NCBI RefSeq assembly: GCF_009914755.1
Contig: NC_060933.1
Length of the DNA stretch: 64,000 bases
Strand: one strand, 5' to 3'
From: the human T2T-CHM13v2.0 reference genome, Homo sapiens
Shown one piece after another: positions 46,181 through 59,609 of the stretch. Each line of letters begins with the position of its first letter. The stretch's first letter is position 1. Position numbers and translations under genes: made by a program. The notes under the pieces are model-generated. The model saw nothing but the letters and a program-made list of their open reading frames with translations. It was not told the origin of the DNA and did not search any database.

Positions 46181-47571
46181 CATGGATATAATATATAGAT
46201 GCGGTGTGTGTATGTATGGTACACATACCTGGATGTGTTTGTATTCTTACTCTTAAATGTATTTTTAGACTTACATGTATTTTCATATAAATGCCTATTG
46301 TAAATGTATAGAGAAATATAGTATGTTATATTTGCATGACACCATCTATTTGATTATGGAGATATATGCTTTATCTATGCTAACAGATGTTCACTCATGT
46401 ATCTATTGTGCAATTGAGTGCACATGTGAATTTATGGAATATGTGTAGCATCCTGTATGCGTGTGTGCATGTGTACTTATATACTATATTACTGTACCTG
46501 TCTACTAATAGCCTGCATCATTTCAAATGACAGAAAAGTCTCATGGGTGTGAAATTTTGTGAAATATCCATGCATTCGTGGTTTCTCTCTGCAGACACCT
46601 GGCAGGAGACAGAAACTCACATCATTCCTCCTGACCATTACTCCTCCAGAGAGAACCTTGTTCCCTGGCAGAAAGCTTCAGTGCTAAAACTAGCAAATAC
46701 CAACAGGTTTCAAAGACTATGGATCTTAAGTCATGAGACTGGAGAAGACACCAAAGCCAGGACCATTTGATTCTGGAAGAACATGCAAGTGTTCTATGAC
46801 ATTGATAAACCATTGGCCTCATTCTGGTATTTGGCCATTTATCACAGTAGTTAAAATTGCCAGCCTGTTCTTTGTTACATCCTATAAGACAATTTCTTTT
46901 CTTTTCTTTTTTATCCTTTTTCTTCAACTTGTTGCTGGCAAATAAATTGCTGATACATTCAGATTTCAATTTGAGATTTTATTCTTAAAAAGCTTTGTGT
47001 TATAGGGTGAGATATGAGATTGTTTTTTCTCTCTTCTTTTTCATTTTCCATACTTGCCAAAGTTGTAAACCTAAGGCCAAGTTAATTAAAGTCAATGGAG
47101 AATGTATTTTTTTATTAAACTTTCTCTTTCTATTGATTTTTTCCTCTCATACAAATAGTACAGACTTAGCTCTTGAAATCAAAAACACTGTAGAGCAAAG
47201 AAACAGAATAATTGGGCTCCCAAGATGATTTACAAACTCTGACATAGGATTTCAGAGATGGCTAAGATTTCAGAGTGGCTAAACTGGCAAGATGGTGAGA
47301 ATCAAGGTCAGCTAAGGACAGACAGACCCAGCTGTGTGCCAGCTAAGGTTTGTGAGGCCAAATTCCCAGGTATATTTGGCTTATAAAACTGTGTTGGTTT
47401 CTCCATGGTGCAAACATGTGGACCATTGCAACAGCCTCCTAGTTTTTCTTTCCACTTTTATGCTCTTCCCTCAAATCCATTTTCTATCCAGTAGCTGGAT
47501 GTATCTTCCCAAGGAATAATTCTGATGATGCCATTTTTAGGGTCAAAGTCTTCAATAGCTTCCTTTAGTCG

Positions 47572-47646
47572 AGGGTCAGCAAACTACAGCCCATAGGCCA
47601 AATCCAGCTCAATGCCTATTTTTGTAAATAAAGTTGTATTGGAACT
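47572..47646 (+). mobile_element. MER58 5' fragment
   Basis: agggtcagcaaactacagccc.taggccaaatccagc...tttttgtaaataaagttgtattggaac. Confidence 0.85.
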
Positions 47647-47694
47647 ATAAGGAAGAGCTTTCTCTCTCTTTCTCTCTTTCTCTCACTCTCTCTT

Positions 47695-48300
47695 CTCTCT
47701 CATCAATATGAACTCAAGGATTCCTATTTTATGCAACGAGTGGTTGCATAAAATGTTACAATCTTTATTTATTTTGATGGTTAAATTGTCCTAGATTTGG
47801 CCAGCAGGAGCCCTTCAACCTGACTCTTATTTCCTTTGACTTGTTACCATAATCTTTGAGCATTTTTCTATTTTCCTACTTTCTGGTGCCAAAAATGTAT
47901 TGAGCTCATCTTACACTTTTCCTGCCTCAGCCTTGGAATCAACCCTTTTTCCATGGGACCTTGTTTCCTTTTAGCAAAAAATTATATTTGGAAAGCAAGA
48001 TATGGGAGCCCGGTGTGCACATTGCTACTGGAATGGCATTGTTTTTAGGTCCTTTCAGCAGTAAGAAATATATGCATATGTATATACATACATTAACACA
48101 CATGCATATACATACATACATATATATACACATCTATGTTTATTTCTACATCTATGTGTATATATATATACATATTTTAAAACAAAGCTATGAGTTTACT
48201 CCTGTATCTCCAGTTCCAATCTAACACTTCAGGTTTCTCTCTAGACTTCTCCATTCCATATTTATAAATCTCTTCTCCAATTATGCTCAATATTGACTCT
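47695..48300 (-). mobile_element. L1MC4/5-type 3' region
   Basis: tttattttgatg.taaattgtcc.agatttggccag..ggagcccttcaa.ctg.ctc; aagatatggg..gtgtgcacattgctactgg. Confidence 0.75.
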
Positions 48301-49589
48301 GATATTTTAACAAACTTAAGAGCAACGATCTTTTCTTGCCTTTGCATTCACCAGAGAGCTGCCAATGTGTTCAAAATTCAGGGACTCGATAAATCAGTGC
48401 TGTTCTTTAGTGCCTGGGCCAGGGGCAACCTTGACTTTAGCAACGAAACTACAGACTGAAGAATTTTCAAGAAATCCGGAGGCTAGTTCTGTGCCTCACT
48501 GTCTGCGTGTGACAAGCGATCTCTTTAACTGACATTACGGGCTTCTTAAAATGAGAAATGAAAAAAATATTCTCAAAGTCTCTCTGAGACTCTCCAGAGA
48601 CAGATGCTGTATAAATTTAAAGTGTAATCATTGTTGCTGTGTGGAAAAAATGTTCTCCATCCATCTTGTTCTACAATAGATGGAGAATGTTCTCCAGGAT
48701 CACTGCTCTTCTCAGGCTTCTAAACAGGTAAAACAGCTAAATATTGCATTAGATGCAATGGCATCAGTCAAAATGAATTATAAGCAACACTTAACTCTCG
48801 TATTTTTAAAATTTATTTTACTTTAAAAAATGCAGCACAACATAGGGAATACACATGAACCTATCTTGCTACTTAAAGTAGGGAATGCTTTCAACTCAGG
48901 TCAGATGGGGCGTGCTCTCTAGGGTGAAGCAATAGACAATAAGCTAGAAGCGTCCAGGTGGCCTCAACCAAAGATAACTCTGTCTTTTCTTCAGTTTGCA
49001 GCATCACAGAAAATGATGCTCTCTCCTGCCAAGTCCCATTTTTTGGGAGGAGGAAATGGATTAGGTCCTGGAGGTTGTCATAAATGCATCAAGTGACTTT
49101 CTCAGCATCATCTGAAACAGTAAGTGAAGAACAAAAACTCAAAGAATGCTACCCTCTCCATTTACCTAACAGCTGCTTTCTGGCCTCCAGATGTAGTTCT
49201 CTTAGAGCATGATTATTTATTTCTGGCTATATTTCAGTCCATTAAACTTAGAGACTTATACAGACATAATCTCAGTTTCAAGCCCTGCCTAGGATCAGAC
49301 AGAATAGCCAACATAGAGGGACCTTTAGGAAACTTCTTGTCTAATTGCATCTCTTTATAGATGAGAACATTTTATAGATAAGACTTGTCCAAAACAAGTT
49401 CCACTCTACCATGCTTTACTTCCCTCTCCCTTGTGATTTGTCCTCCTGATTCAAAAGCTGTATCTTGGTTAGAGGTCAGCTCTGGGTTTAGCTACTTTTC
49501 AAGATATCACAGTTCCTCAAAATAATTTTTGATTAAGAGAAAATGATAAACTAAGATTTTGCTCTCAGTCTCAAACTGCATGCTTGGCA

Positions 49590-49990
49590 TAATGGAAAAT
49601 GCATTAAAATGACTCTTATTCTAACACTGCCACCAACCAGTTGAGTGATCCTAACCTTTCTGAACCTTAGTTTCCACATCTTTGAAATGATAGTATTGGA
49701 TTAAAATATCCACTCATTCCCCAAAAACGTACTGAACAAAATAGAAATCCTTCCCCCCACCTACTTTATTTGGCACTGGACCTTGGGCAAATTACTAAAC
49801 CTATCTGTAACTCAGTTTTCTCATCTGTATAATGAGGAATAATAGAAGTACCTACTTCATTGCTTTGTTGTGAGGCTTGAATGAGATGCCCACACAAAGC
49901 ACTTACAACAGCAATTGGCATATATGGCAAGTGCTCAATAATTGCTTGCTGCTATTATTATTATAGTTATCATTATTATTATTACTACTA
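49590..49990 (+). mobile_element. Two tandem MIR pieces with (TTA)n tail
   Basis: ccttgggcaaattactaaacct.tctg..ctcagttttctcatctgtataatg..gttgtgagg.tt.aatgagat. Confidence 0.8.
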
Positions 49991-50009
49991 TTCTTTCCAT
50001 GCTCCTATT

Positions 50010-50330
50010 CTTGGCTCGTGCTGTTTCCTCTGCCTGAGTTGATCTTCCTCTCATCTGCACGTCCAAATCCTACCTGCCCTTCAGGGCCCACTTCAAATAC
50101 TCTCCCAAGAAACCCTCCCTGATTCTCACCAGCTTCTTCCCTGGAACACCCACCCATGGTACACTGACATCACCATCTCATTTAAATATCATATATACTC
50201 ATCTATTATCTGTCCCTCAAGGCTTCTTGATGGCAGGGTTTCCATCTGACTCGTCTTTGAATTCAAGTGGCTGGTGCAGAACCCAGCAACTTGTAGGGAA
50301 TTAGTAAATATTGGTTGAATGAATGAGGTA
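50010..50330 (+). mobile_element. L2 3' end
   Basis: tgctgtttcctctgcctg...taaatattggttgaatgaatga. Confidence 0.75.
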
Positions 50331-50479
50331 TAACATTGCTAAAATCGTATGTCTACACTGGTTGTATAAATGGTTATATCAATCCAACCAAGAGACATTT
50401 TTTTCTAAATGTTGTTAATTAAAAGCTGAGGATATAGAACCCCCCCTCTCAAAAAAGAAATCTACATTACTGATCCTAA

Positions 50480-50665
50480 ATGCTAGTCCTTAGACCAGTT
50501 CAATCCAAATCATCTTTGGAGTTCTTTAAATATGTGAAAACCTGGTACCCATCTCCCAAACGTTCTCATTCAGTAGGTTTTTGTGGGAATGGAGGTGACT
50601 CAAAAATCTTTATTTTTAAAAGGCTTCACAAGGGATTGTGATGTATAGACAAAATGAGGATGCTC
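50480..50665. mobile_element. MER5A-like
   Basis: ttctcattcagtaggt...aatctttatttttaaaag..cacaagggattgtgatg. Confidence 0.6.
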
Positions 50666-52258
50666 AAGTGTATATTATGTCTAACAACTTTCTTAAGGTT
50701 TCCTCCCCCAAATGACTAATTTTAATACGTAACCATAAAGTCCGAGAATTTTTTGCTCTTTTTATGTTGTCATAATCAATGGGTTTTTTTTTTTCCAGAT
50801 TGAAGATCCTAAAAAAATGATAGCAGCTTTTAAGAAGGACTATAGTGGAACAAGCAATATTCTAAGTGACAAGAGACACAGATTCTAGAATAAACTTAGC
50901 CAAATATGTATGAACTCGAACAATCTCCTTTGCCTCTCCAGGTTTTAATTTCCCCATCTTTACAATGGAAGCAATGACAACAGCAGCATGCAGCTAGTTT
51001 GGAGATTTTGAAGTCAGATTGGCTATTTAGCATTAACCCACCATGGTGCTGGTTGATCTTGCTAGATACAAATCTGTCATAAGTGAAAGCATCTTGACGG
51101 TGTCTTGGAAGCTGACTGGAAAAATACTGCTTTTAGCAGTACCTTTAAAGCAACAGGAGCTTTTCTGCATTGCATAGAGACAGAATGAGCTTTGTGTAAA
51201 CTGTGCTGTAGCCACGTTATTCTGAAAGCCCATTGGGAAGATGCCAATAGTAATTCAGCTCAAATAATCTCTATTAGCCATAACCCTTTTGGTTGCAAGA
51301 GACAAAAACATGACTGAAATTATTTTCGGCTAGAAGGATCGAGGAGACTTGCAGCATAGCTTTGAGAACAGCTGAAATTAAAGACATGAATGCTGCAAGT
51401 GTCTCTGCCACTCTTTGTGTATTAACTTTATGTGCTCAGCCTGGCTTCCTCCACACTGCAAGGGATATGGCTGTTGCTTATATTTTCATCTCCATCTTTG
51501 CCACCAGAGAGGGACTGCCTTTTGTCTTGTTCCAATTTGGGAATTCCTGGGGAAGGACTACTCTGGCTTGGGTCACATGTCCACACCCTGAATCAAACAT
51601 CTGAGGTCATGGAGAAGTACACTGATTGGAAGATCCTACTAATATTAAAAAGTTTGAGGAAGAGAAGCAATTGCCTCTATAAAGGGATGCTACTCCTAGA
51701 AAAATGATGGGTGCTGAGAAGGCCAAATGATCAGTGCCTACTGAACTGTCCCATAGGTATTTAGGTAGATATGGGTAATAAAGTTCTTGTGAACTAGCCC
51801 ACTACATGGAATGCAATGTAAGGAAACACAGCTTGGTTCTGACACCAACTAGCTGTGTGACCTTGGACCTCATCATTCATCTCTCTGAATTTTGATTACT
51901 TATATAAACAACTGTCTTCCCCCTCACCCCGCCTTGAGTAGGGCTCTTTGAGATTGGACAGAAGGTATTACTTATATTTACATCTGCAGAACTGAGTACA
52001 AAGTATAGCCCTTAATTAGTACCCCATGATGTGGGTGTTTTTTAAGTTAATATCCAAGCAAAGTTTTTGATGTTGCTTACTGAGATACTTGTAACAACTA
52101 GATTTTCTTAATGAAGAAAAGGGTGAATGGAAAATAAACAAACAGGATAAAGCCAAGTGCATACCATAAAGTACTGTTAGAAAACAATGATGATACATTT
52201 GCCTTTAAGCTTCCTAACAGTCAGAGCAAAGATGGGAGATGAAAAGACACTCTATAAT

Positions 52259-52446
52259 TAGGGTTGCCAGATATAGAAAAATAATAACAGAAAGCCAAGT
52301 TAAATTTGAATTTCTGATTAAAATGAATAATTTTAGTATTCTATATTTATGCTGTATTAAGGATACATTTATACTAAAAAAATTATTTAGTGTCTATCAA
52401 AAATTTAGCTTCATCTGGATGTCCTGTATTTTATCTGGCAACACAA
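52259..52446. mobile_element. MER53 hAT MITE, complete
   Basis: TIRs tagggttgccagat / atctggcaacacaa; perfect 8-bp TSD tctataat (52251-52258, 52447-52454). Confidence 0.93.
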
Positions 52447-53850
52447 TCTATAATCAGGTTTTCCATACCCAAAAGATAAGGACCAAACCAGTTGCTCAGG
52501 TGATGTTGAGTTTTTCCTAATACCAGATTTCTCCTAATAAAAGAGTAATGGGATGCCTAATAATACTTGGTTAACTGAGCTTTCCCAGACTCTTGGTTTT
52601 CTCCTCTGTACAATGAAGGAGTTTGAATCAACAGCCTATAAGCCTCCTCCTTGTACCAATGTCCTGTGATTGTTTGTGATTTTTCATACCCTGGGATTAT
52701 GCTTTTTGACTAGATGGCTCTGCTGCAGCCAAAAACTACCAACTGGAGTACTTTCATTTAGCTGAATTATTTACTTCACTCAAGGTGGTGATGTAGCCAT
52801 GCTCTGATTCCCCAAACCTTTTGTGCCAGTTCTGGCTGGTGGCTCTTGTGCCCAACCCAAAAGGACTAGAGAGAGTCGCTTTCCCTCTTTCACTCATTAT
52901 ACATGTGCATTTTACTGCTAACCTCCTAGGCCCAGCAGGAGCAGTGGTGACTGTAGCTTTTCTGAAGGAAGTTAAATTGAGGGCTGGAGTGTAAGTACTG
53001 CCCAGGAAGCAAAAGGAGACTCAGGGAAACAAAGCAACTAATCCTAGGTGGTTTGGCCAGTAAGTCATTGAGTGCTGACTTATATCCAAATTCTATAGCC
53101 TTTCCACTATGTAACACTGTCTCACAAAGAAGCTGAAGCCCAGAGCCTTGGAGAAGTTTGTTTAGTTTACCACAGTAGGACCCAAGTGAAGCATTTATTG
53201 CCCTAGTGAAGCTCTCTGAGTTTAGATTCTTTTCTTTAACTTATTATTTTTATTATTTTTTGAAGCCTGCATGTTTGAGAAAAGAGAGTCTGGAAAATAC
53301 TTTCTGTTTTCTGAAATCAAAAGTTTTTTTTGTTTCATGGACCAAACTGGTAATATTTCAATGAAAAGATGTCAGGCTTACAAGATCAGGCCTCTAGACC
53401 ACCCTTCCAACCTTCTCACTTGGTTTCTGTCTGCCCTGAGATGGCCTAATTCAGTAGTCAGACAACTGTTTGCATTTCCCTGAAGATACCACATCCTCCC
53501 AAGCCTTTGAGCCTGTCCTTACCTTTTCCAAGATCCAGCTCAAGAATCACAGCTTCTGAGAAATCTCTCCTAGTTCTCTCAAGCAGAGCAAGGCATTGTC
53601 AATCAGCTCTGGGTGCCTACAACTCTTACTACATAAGATTATGATTCTTCGTTTACACATCATTTGTCCACTAAATCATAAGGTCCTTATAAAAATTTTT
53701 GCTTTTTTATCTGTTTATTTTATATCTACATACCTCCAGCATTTAATGTAGCACCTAGTATAAAGTTCGAGCTCAGTAACTATTTGCTGAAGGGAGAAAA
53801 GAGGAAAAGGAGGAATGAAAGGAGGGAGGCAGGAATGAAGAAAGAGTATT

Positions 53851-53883
53851 TGTATTAGAGTTCTTCAGAGAAAACCAAGAGAA

Positions 53884-53924
<41 letters not shown>

Positions 53925-54387
53925 CGAGAGAGAGAGAAAGATTACGAAGTATTGGCAAACATTCATTGATGACATAGGCCAGGTAGTCCCATGATCTGCC
54001 TACTGTGAACTGAAAAACCAGGAAAGTTGGTGGTGTAATTTGAAGGCCTAAGAGCTGGAGAGATGATAGTATAAATTCCCATCTGGGTTTGAAGGCCTGA
54101 GACAGGATCGCCAAGGCAGGGAGAAGATCGATGCTCCAGTTCAAGCAGACAGGCAGAGAGGGTGAATCCTCCCTTCCTTTACATTTTTGTTCTATTCAGA
54201 TCCTTAATGAATGGGATGATTCCCAGTCACACTGGAGAGGGCAATCCACTTCACTCAGTCCACCAATTCAAATGCTAAACTCTGGTAGAAACTCCCTCAC
54301 AGATAGATACACTCAGAAATATTGCTCGGGCAGACGTCTGTGCATCCCATGGTCCAGTCAAGTTGACACATAAATTAACCTATCACA
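53851..54387 (-). mobile_element. MLT2B-type (ERVL) solo LTR
   Basis: tgtattagagttct.cagagaaa...(TG)n...ccagtcaagttgacacataaattaacc.atcaca. Confidence 0.9.
53886..53937. repeat. (TG)n(AG)n microsatellite inside MLT2
   Basis: Direct reading. Confidence 0.95.
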
Positions 54388-55044
54388 GTTTCTGTGCAGT
54401 CTGCAGAAGAAAGGAAGCCCACTGATGTTTTGTTTGTTTCTTCTATTATTATTCTCTTGGTGACTTCTTTTAACAGTTTCCTTTTATTTGTTTGTGGGCT
54501 TTATACATAACCAATTTTTAATAAGTCCCCACTGTTTTTTTAATATTGAACCATTAGGATTAGGACTTACAATTGTCTGGACTGTGCCACAAGGTCTGAA
54601 TCAAGGCTCAGGATACATTGGGAGGAAATCTGTCATTATCTACCTCAGTTTTTTCTTTGGTTTGTGTCTTCTCTCTTTGTACTTTCGGGCATAGGCTCAG
54701 TTAGTTGCTCATAATACAAGGATAAATGCAATGAAAGCAATTTGCCAGTGCCATTCACTTGCACATCCAGTCATGTCAGCAACTGCTGCCAATTTTCCTT
54801 CATAAATATTTTCCATATCTGCTTCATCTTCTCTAAACACCCTGCCACTGCGTTGGGCCAAGCTTTCCACCTCTCTCTTCTGAAGGATTGCCACAGCCTC
54901 ATGGTGTTCAACCAGCCTCTCCACTTCCCTACCTCTGATCTATCCTCTATCCAACCACCAGAGTGAGTTTACTAAAACTCAGCTCTCAATTGCTTAATTG
55001 TCTTTGTCTTCTATTAGTTTTCAACAAAAAGAACTGGTTTCTCT

Positions 55045-55208
55045 AAGAATAACACTGTTCGCATTGGATGAGGGTCTACCCTAATAATTTCATTTTAAAT
55101 TGATTGCCTCTTTTAGGACCCTGTCTTCAAATAAGGTCACATTCTGAGGTGCTGGGGATTAGGAGTCTACCATATGAATGTTGGAGGGGCACGGTTTAAC
55201 TCATAACA
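55045..55208 (-). mobile_element. MLT1B/C fragment
   Basis: caaataaggtcacattctgaggtgctggggattagga..tcataaca. Confidence 0.8.
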
Positions 55209-55599
55209 TCATCCATCCAGCCCCTTTCATACCTCCTTGTTTTTACACATATTGGTTCATTTGCTTGAGATTCTTTTCCTCCCAGCTCCTAAGTGCCACA
55301 GGTAGATTTGAATAATTAAAATCTTCTATTTTCTCTTCATCTTGTTCATCATTTTCTTGTATTCCTCTTCTATTATAACCTTTCTTTCAATGAATAATAT
55401 TTATTGGTTTCCATGTCTGTCTCTCTAATTTGCCATTTTGCCATTTTTGTTCCTAGTGCCTAACAGTTTTTGGCATAGTGTGGATAATTAGATGTGTTAG
55501 AATAAATAAATTAGAAGGGATGAGACACAGAAATTGACACATAAAGTGAGCGCCCCGAAAAGCTTAAAAAAGTTATCCAAATGAAGAAAACGAGGAAGA

Positions 55600-55759
55600 A
55601 CTTTCCAGGCCTGTGCAGATAAGTGACACAATTATTAGTATAAAAATTAGTGAGTTAGAAATTATAGAAAGTGTGACTAGAAATGTAGGCAGAGACATAT
55701 TATAAAGGGCCTTGTGAGCCAAGGAGTGTGGTCAGTATCTTATACTCATTCATTCATTT

Positions 55760-55800
<41 letters not shown>

Positions 55801-56470
55801 TTACTGACTTCCTAGCACATCATGTTAAATCATTGAAAAGTCTCAAGAAAGGAAATGACATGGCCACATTTGTTTATTAGAATATTATTAGTTTTGGTAG
55901 CAAAGTAAAGACAGATTGAAGAGAGTCAAGACTGGAAACAGGGGGGCCATTGAAGAAGTTGTTGCCCTGGCCCAGGCCTGAGATGATAAATAAACCAGCA
56001 CAGATATTACAGAGATTGGGGTGGGGTGGTGGGGGGAATCACAGTAATACTTAGAAAATAAAAGCAAATAAATTTGATGGCTGATTAAACAAGAGACAAA
56101 AGGGAAGTTAAGGAGGAAAAGATAAATCCCATGTTTGGCTGGGTGATTGGTTGGATGATAGAGCCATTCCTAGAAACTTCAAAGATAGAAGAGAATCCAG
56201 TTGGAATGCATTTAGAGGTGGGATGGAGTAGGGGATGAAATACAGAGGAAGATAAAAGTTGAGTTGAGTTGCAAGTACTCAAGAAATATCCCATGGGAGA
56301 TAGCAGATAGATGGCCATCTCTACCAGTCTGAAACTTGAGAGAGGTTCTGGCTGGAGATGTGGATACTGTAGTCATCTACATAGAAAATATAACTGAAGT
56401 CATGGTAATAGATCCATATTTCAGAGAAAATGGATATAGCGAGAGGAAGTCAGGATTAATGATAAAACTC
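55600..56470 (-). mobile_element. L2 relic
   Basis: aagggccttgtgagccaaggag, gagagaggttctggctggagatgtggat..agtcatc. Confidence 0.7.
55763..55799. repeat. (CA)n microsatellite
   Basis: Direct reading. Confidence 0.95.
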
Positions 56471-59400
56471 TAGGCTTAGTAGCAGTAATCCACCAGCTTT
56501 GGCTTTGTCCTATTTGTTGGTAACCCACATATTTGGAAGACTACAGACTTTCTAGGTTCATATTGAATATTGTCATCTAGGAATACATTAGTTTATGAAA
56601 ACAAATACAATCAAATCCATGACTTTGAAGAGTGACAACCAAAAAAAAAAAAAAAAGCCTCTGGTGATCTCATTTTATTTTGTTCATTTATTTTGCTGAT
56701 TTTTTTTTATTTGGAGTAATGCAATGTATTAAAAATATAGTCATTATTCATAAACCAAATCTCCCCAAGGAACTCATTCAAAGTTATAATTGCAATAATT
56801 AAGTTAGATAAAACAGGTAAAGATTATCTAACCTCTCTTTTCACCTCCATGAAAGAAAACATAGAAGTACACGGAAGTAAAAAAATCTTTACCTGGCAGG
56901 AACCCTATTCAATCATCACACAAAATGGGAGGGCTGGAATCCTCCACTTTGAGGGATGAAAACCTAGCTATCAATAACGGGCATGTCACAATTGATCTTT
57001 ACTAGTAGAGTCAGCCATTTGCAGATACTATTCTGTCAAGCTACATAACCACGTTCCCTCCCCTCAACATCTTGTTTTCTTTCCACTGTCCCAGTGCAGC
57101 CATCCAGCCCAGAACACAACAAGAATAGAGTTGATGAGCCCTCTTCTCCTCAACAAACACCTGTGGTAAGCGAAGGCTGTGTCTACTTCTTGACTATTGT
57201 ATTAATATTTGTCTATTCTTAAACAGTCTCTCCAAATTCTCAATTTTCTTCATCTGTAAAATGGAAATTGTACTGATTTTTCTACCTAATACTCTTGCAT
57301 TACAAACTACCTTTGGGTTTGACTATTTTCCCTCTAGTAAAATCATTCATAGGATTTTTTCTGGCAGGTTAAGCCTTTCTAATTCCTTGGTTGTGGTATC
57401 ACAATACCCTTGACATAAAAACCCCACTTCTCCACATTATATTGAGAAAATAATCCAAAAGAAATAGTAAATTTTGTGCCATAGACATTCTTTGAAATAT
57501 TATCTATCGTAGAAAGATGATATCTCACAACAGGAGATTAATTAAGTAAATATTCACTTAATAGAATTGTATGCAGCTCTTAAAATGGCGTATTTATGAA
57601 GAAAGAACTAAAAGGGAAAGGATAAAGGTGATAGCCACTTATATTTCTATAATAATCACAGCTATATGAAAATGATTTAGTCATTTAGGCAAGGACTTTA
57701 AGAGGACATTCATAAATGAATTTTTAAAAGTCAAATTCTAATAATCTTGTGGTCATCCCTGCTATTTCCATTTAACGGAAGAGGAAACTGGACTCAGGAA
57801 TTGCCCAAGACCAGTTTTAATATGTTGAAGTGGCAGTATTGTGAGTGGATTTTCTTCTTGTCATTGTGTCTTCCATTAATGATATTGGATGATTTTATGC
57901 AATTTTTGTTTCAATATTTGCTAGAAAGAAGACTGGGACAATGAGTTCTATCTTGTAATAAGTAAACAGTGTGTTCATTTTTAATTCTGCAATTAGAAGT
58001 ATAAACTTTAGAACTGGGCAGGCTCCGTATTCCATTGCTATTGTGGAAAATGCCTCACAATCATTTTGGAGGTGAGTTCCTCCCACTCTCCATGTCCTGG
58101 GTGCTCAAATGGAAAGGTCTATTCACCCCCCTCCTTTGTCTTTTCCCATAATCACTCATGACAGTGGCTGAGAATCTCTGTTGATCATTAATTGGATCAA
58201 AGAAATAGGCTTGAGCCATCTCTTTGACTGAAATTGTACCACTGTTGTGAGCCCCATGGCTCTCTCGCTCTCTGTAGCTTGGCTCCAGCCCCTTTAAGAC
58301 TGCTCATGCAAGCTAGCTCAGCACATCGCTAAGAGAAAACTTGAAGACTCACTTAAATGATTGACCTATTTCTGGGCTCTCTGTTGTTGCAAATTACAAG
58401 AATATACTGTGTGCATTTTCAGGTAATTTGATACTATTACCTTAAAACTCACTGGTTCCGCCTCCCCCTTCCCTCCTCTGTTCAGATGGAATATCTGACC
58501 TTTTCCCTTGGCAGGCTGTTTCTCTTTTCCAGGTAACTGATGATGATTTTATACCCTGGATGATAATCAATATGTAGAAGCTGTCTTTATTGATTTGGAT
58601 AAAACCACCAATTATGGCTATTTTGAGCAGAGCTCAATGAGATTAGATGTGATTACATGGCAATGGGGTGTGAGCCCATCAGCAACTCAGGGGCTGCTGT
58701 GAGGCTATTTAATTGTTACAGATGAAATGAAAATGGGTGCTTATAACCACTTCCCACTCAGAAGACATACCTGCACACTTCACAGGGCAGAACCTCCAGG
58801 CTGGACCACACCTGGCCATGCACTCAGGACTCTATGAGTCTGGTTCACAGACAGCACAGATAAAATGGCTCAAGGAGAACCAATGGCCTTCATGAATCCT
58901 GTTTACTCCAGTCTGGGCTGTGTCATTTATACAGAAATCAGAGGCAGCAACGTTTCCAAGAATATATGGATTTCAGGCAGATCAGTAAGAATGTCAGGCA
59001 GCAGGAAAAGAACACAGCAGGCTTTAGCTCAGGCAGTACCCTTAGCTTGGAATGTTGGAGTGTCCTTCCCAGAATCCCCATCCTGATAGTCCCAGATTCT
59101 CTGCTGCCTCTTCTGAAAACTTTCCTTGTCATCTTTTCTGGAAGATGATTCTATATCCTAGTCATTAGGGACATAGATCTTGAAGTTCCCCTGTTACTTC
59201 TTAGCTAAGTAACTTTACACAAGTTACCAAACTTTTCTATGAACAATTTGTACAATAGGGAAAATATTGAAATACTTAAAACTATACTTGGCCCTCATCC
59301 CCAGCCTTCCATTTGCAAAGAAAAAGAGTTGGAGCCAGAGATTCCAGTGCACATCTCTGCTCTCTATACTTCTCAGCTATGTAGCTATGCCTACATTTCC

Positions 59401-59609
59401 TCATCTGCAGTAGTTACATGATTTAGCATGTGCAATGGCCTCAGCCTACCGAAGGTGTGCTCTCTCCCTGATTATTATTTTTCTCCTCTCAATCAGTTAC
59501 TGAGTGGATTGTCTGGATCTTAGACATCTAGGACCACACGTTTCCCCCAGTCATTGAGGGCTTGGTAGCACAATATGATCATAATAATAATAACAACACA
59601 GTTCTATTT

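Noticed and set aside
56018-56036. G-runs, also C-runs at 42606-42640 and the L1 3'UTR at 35826-35859
   Set aside because: Marginal or generic G4 motifs inside TE relics; the L1 one is a standard feature of every L1PA
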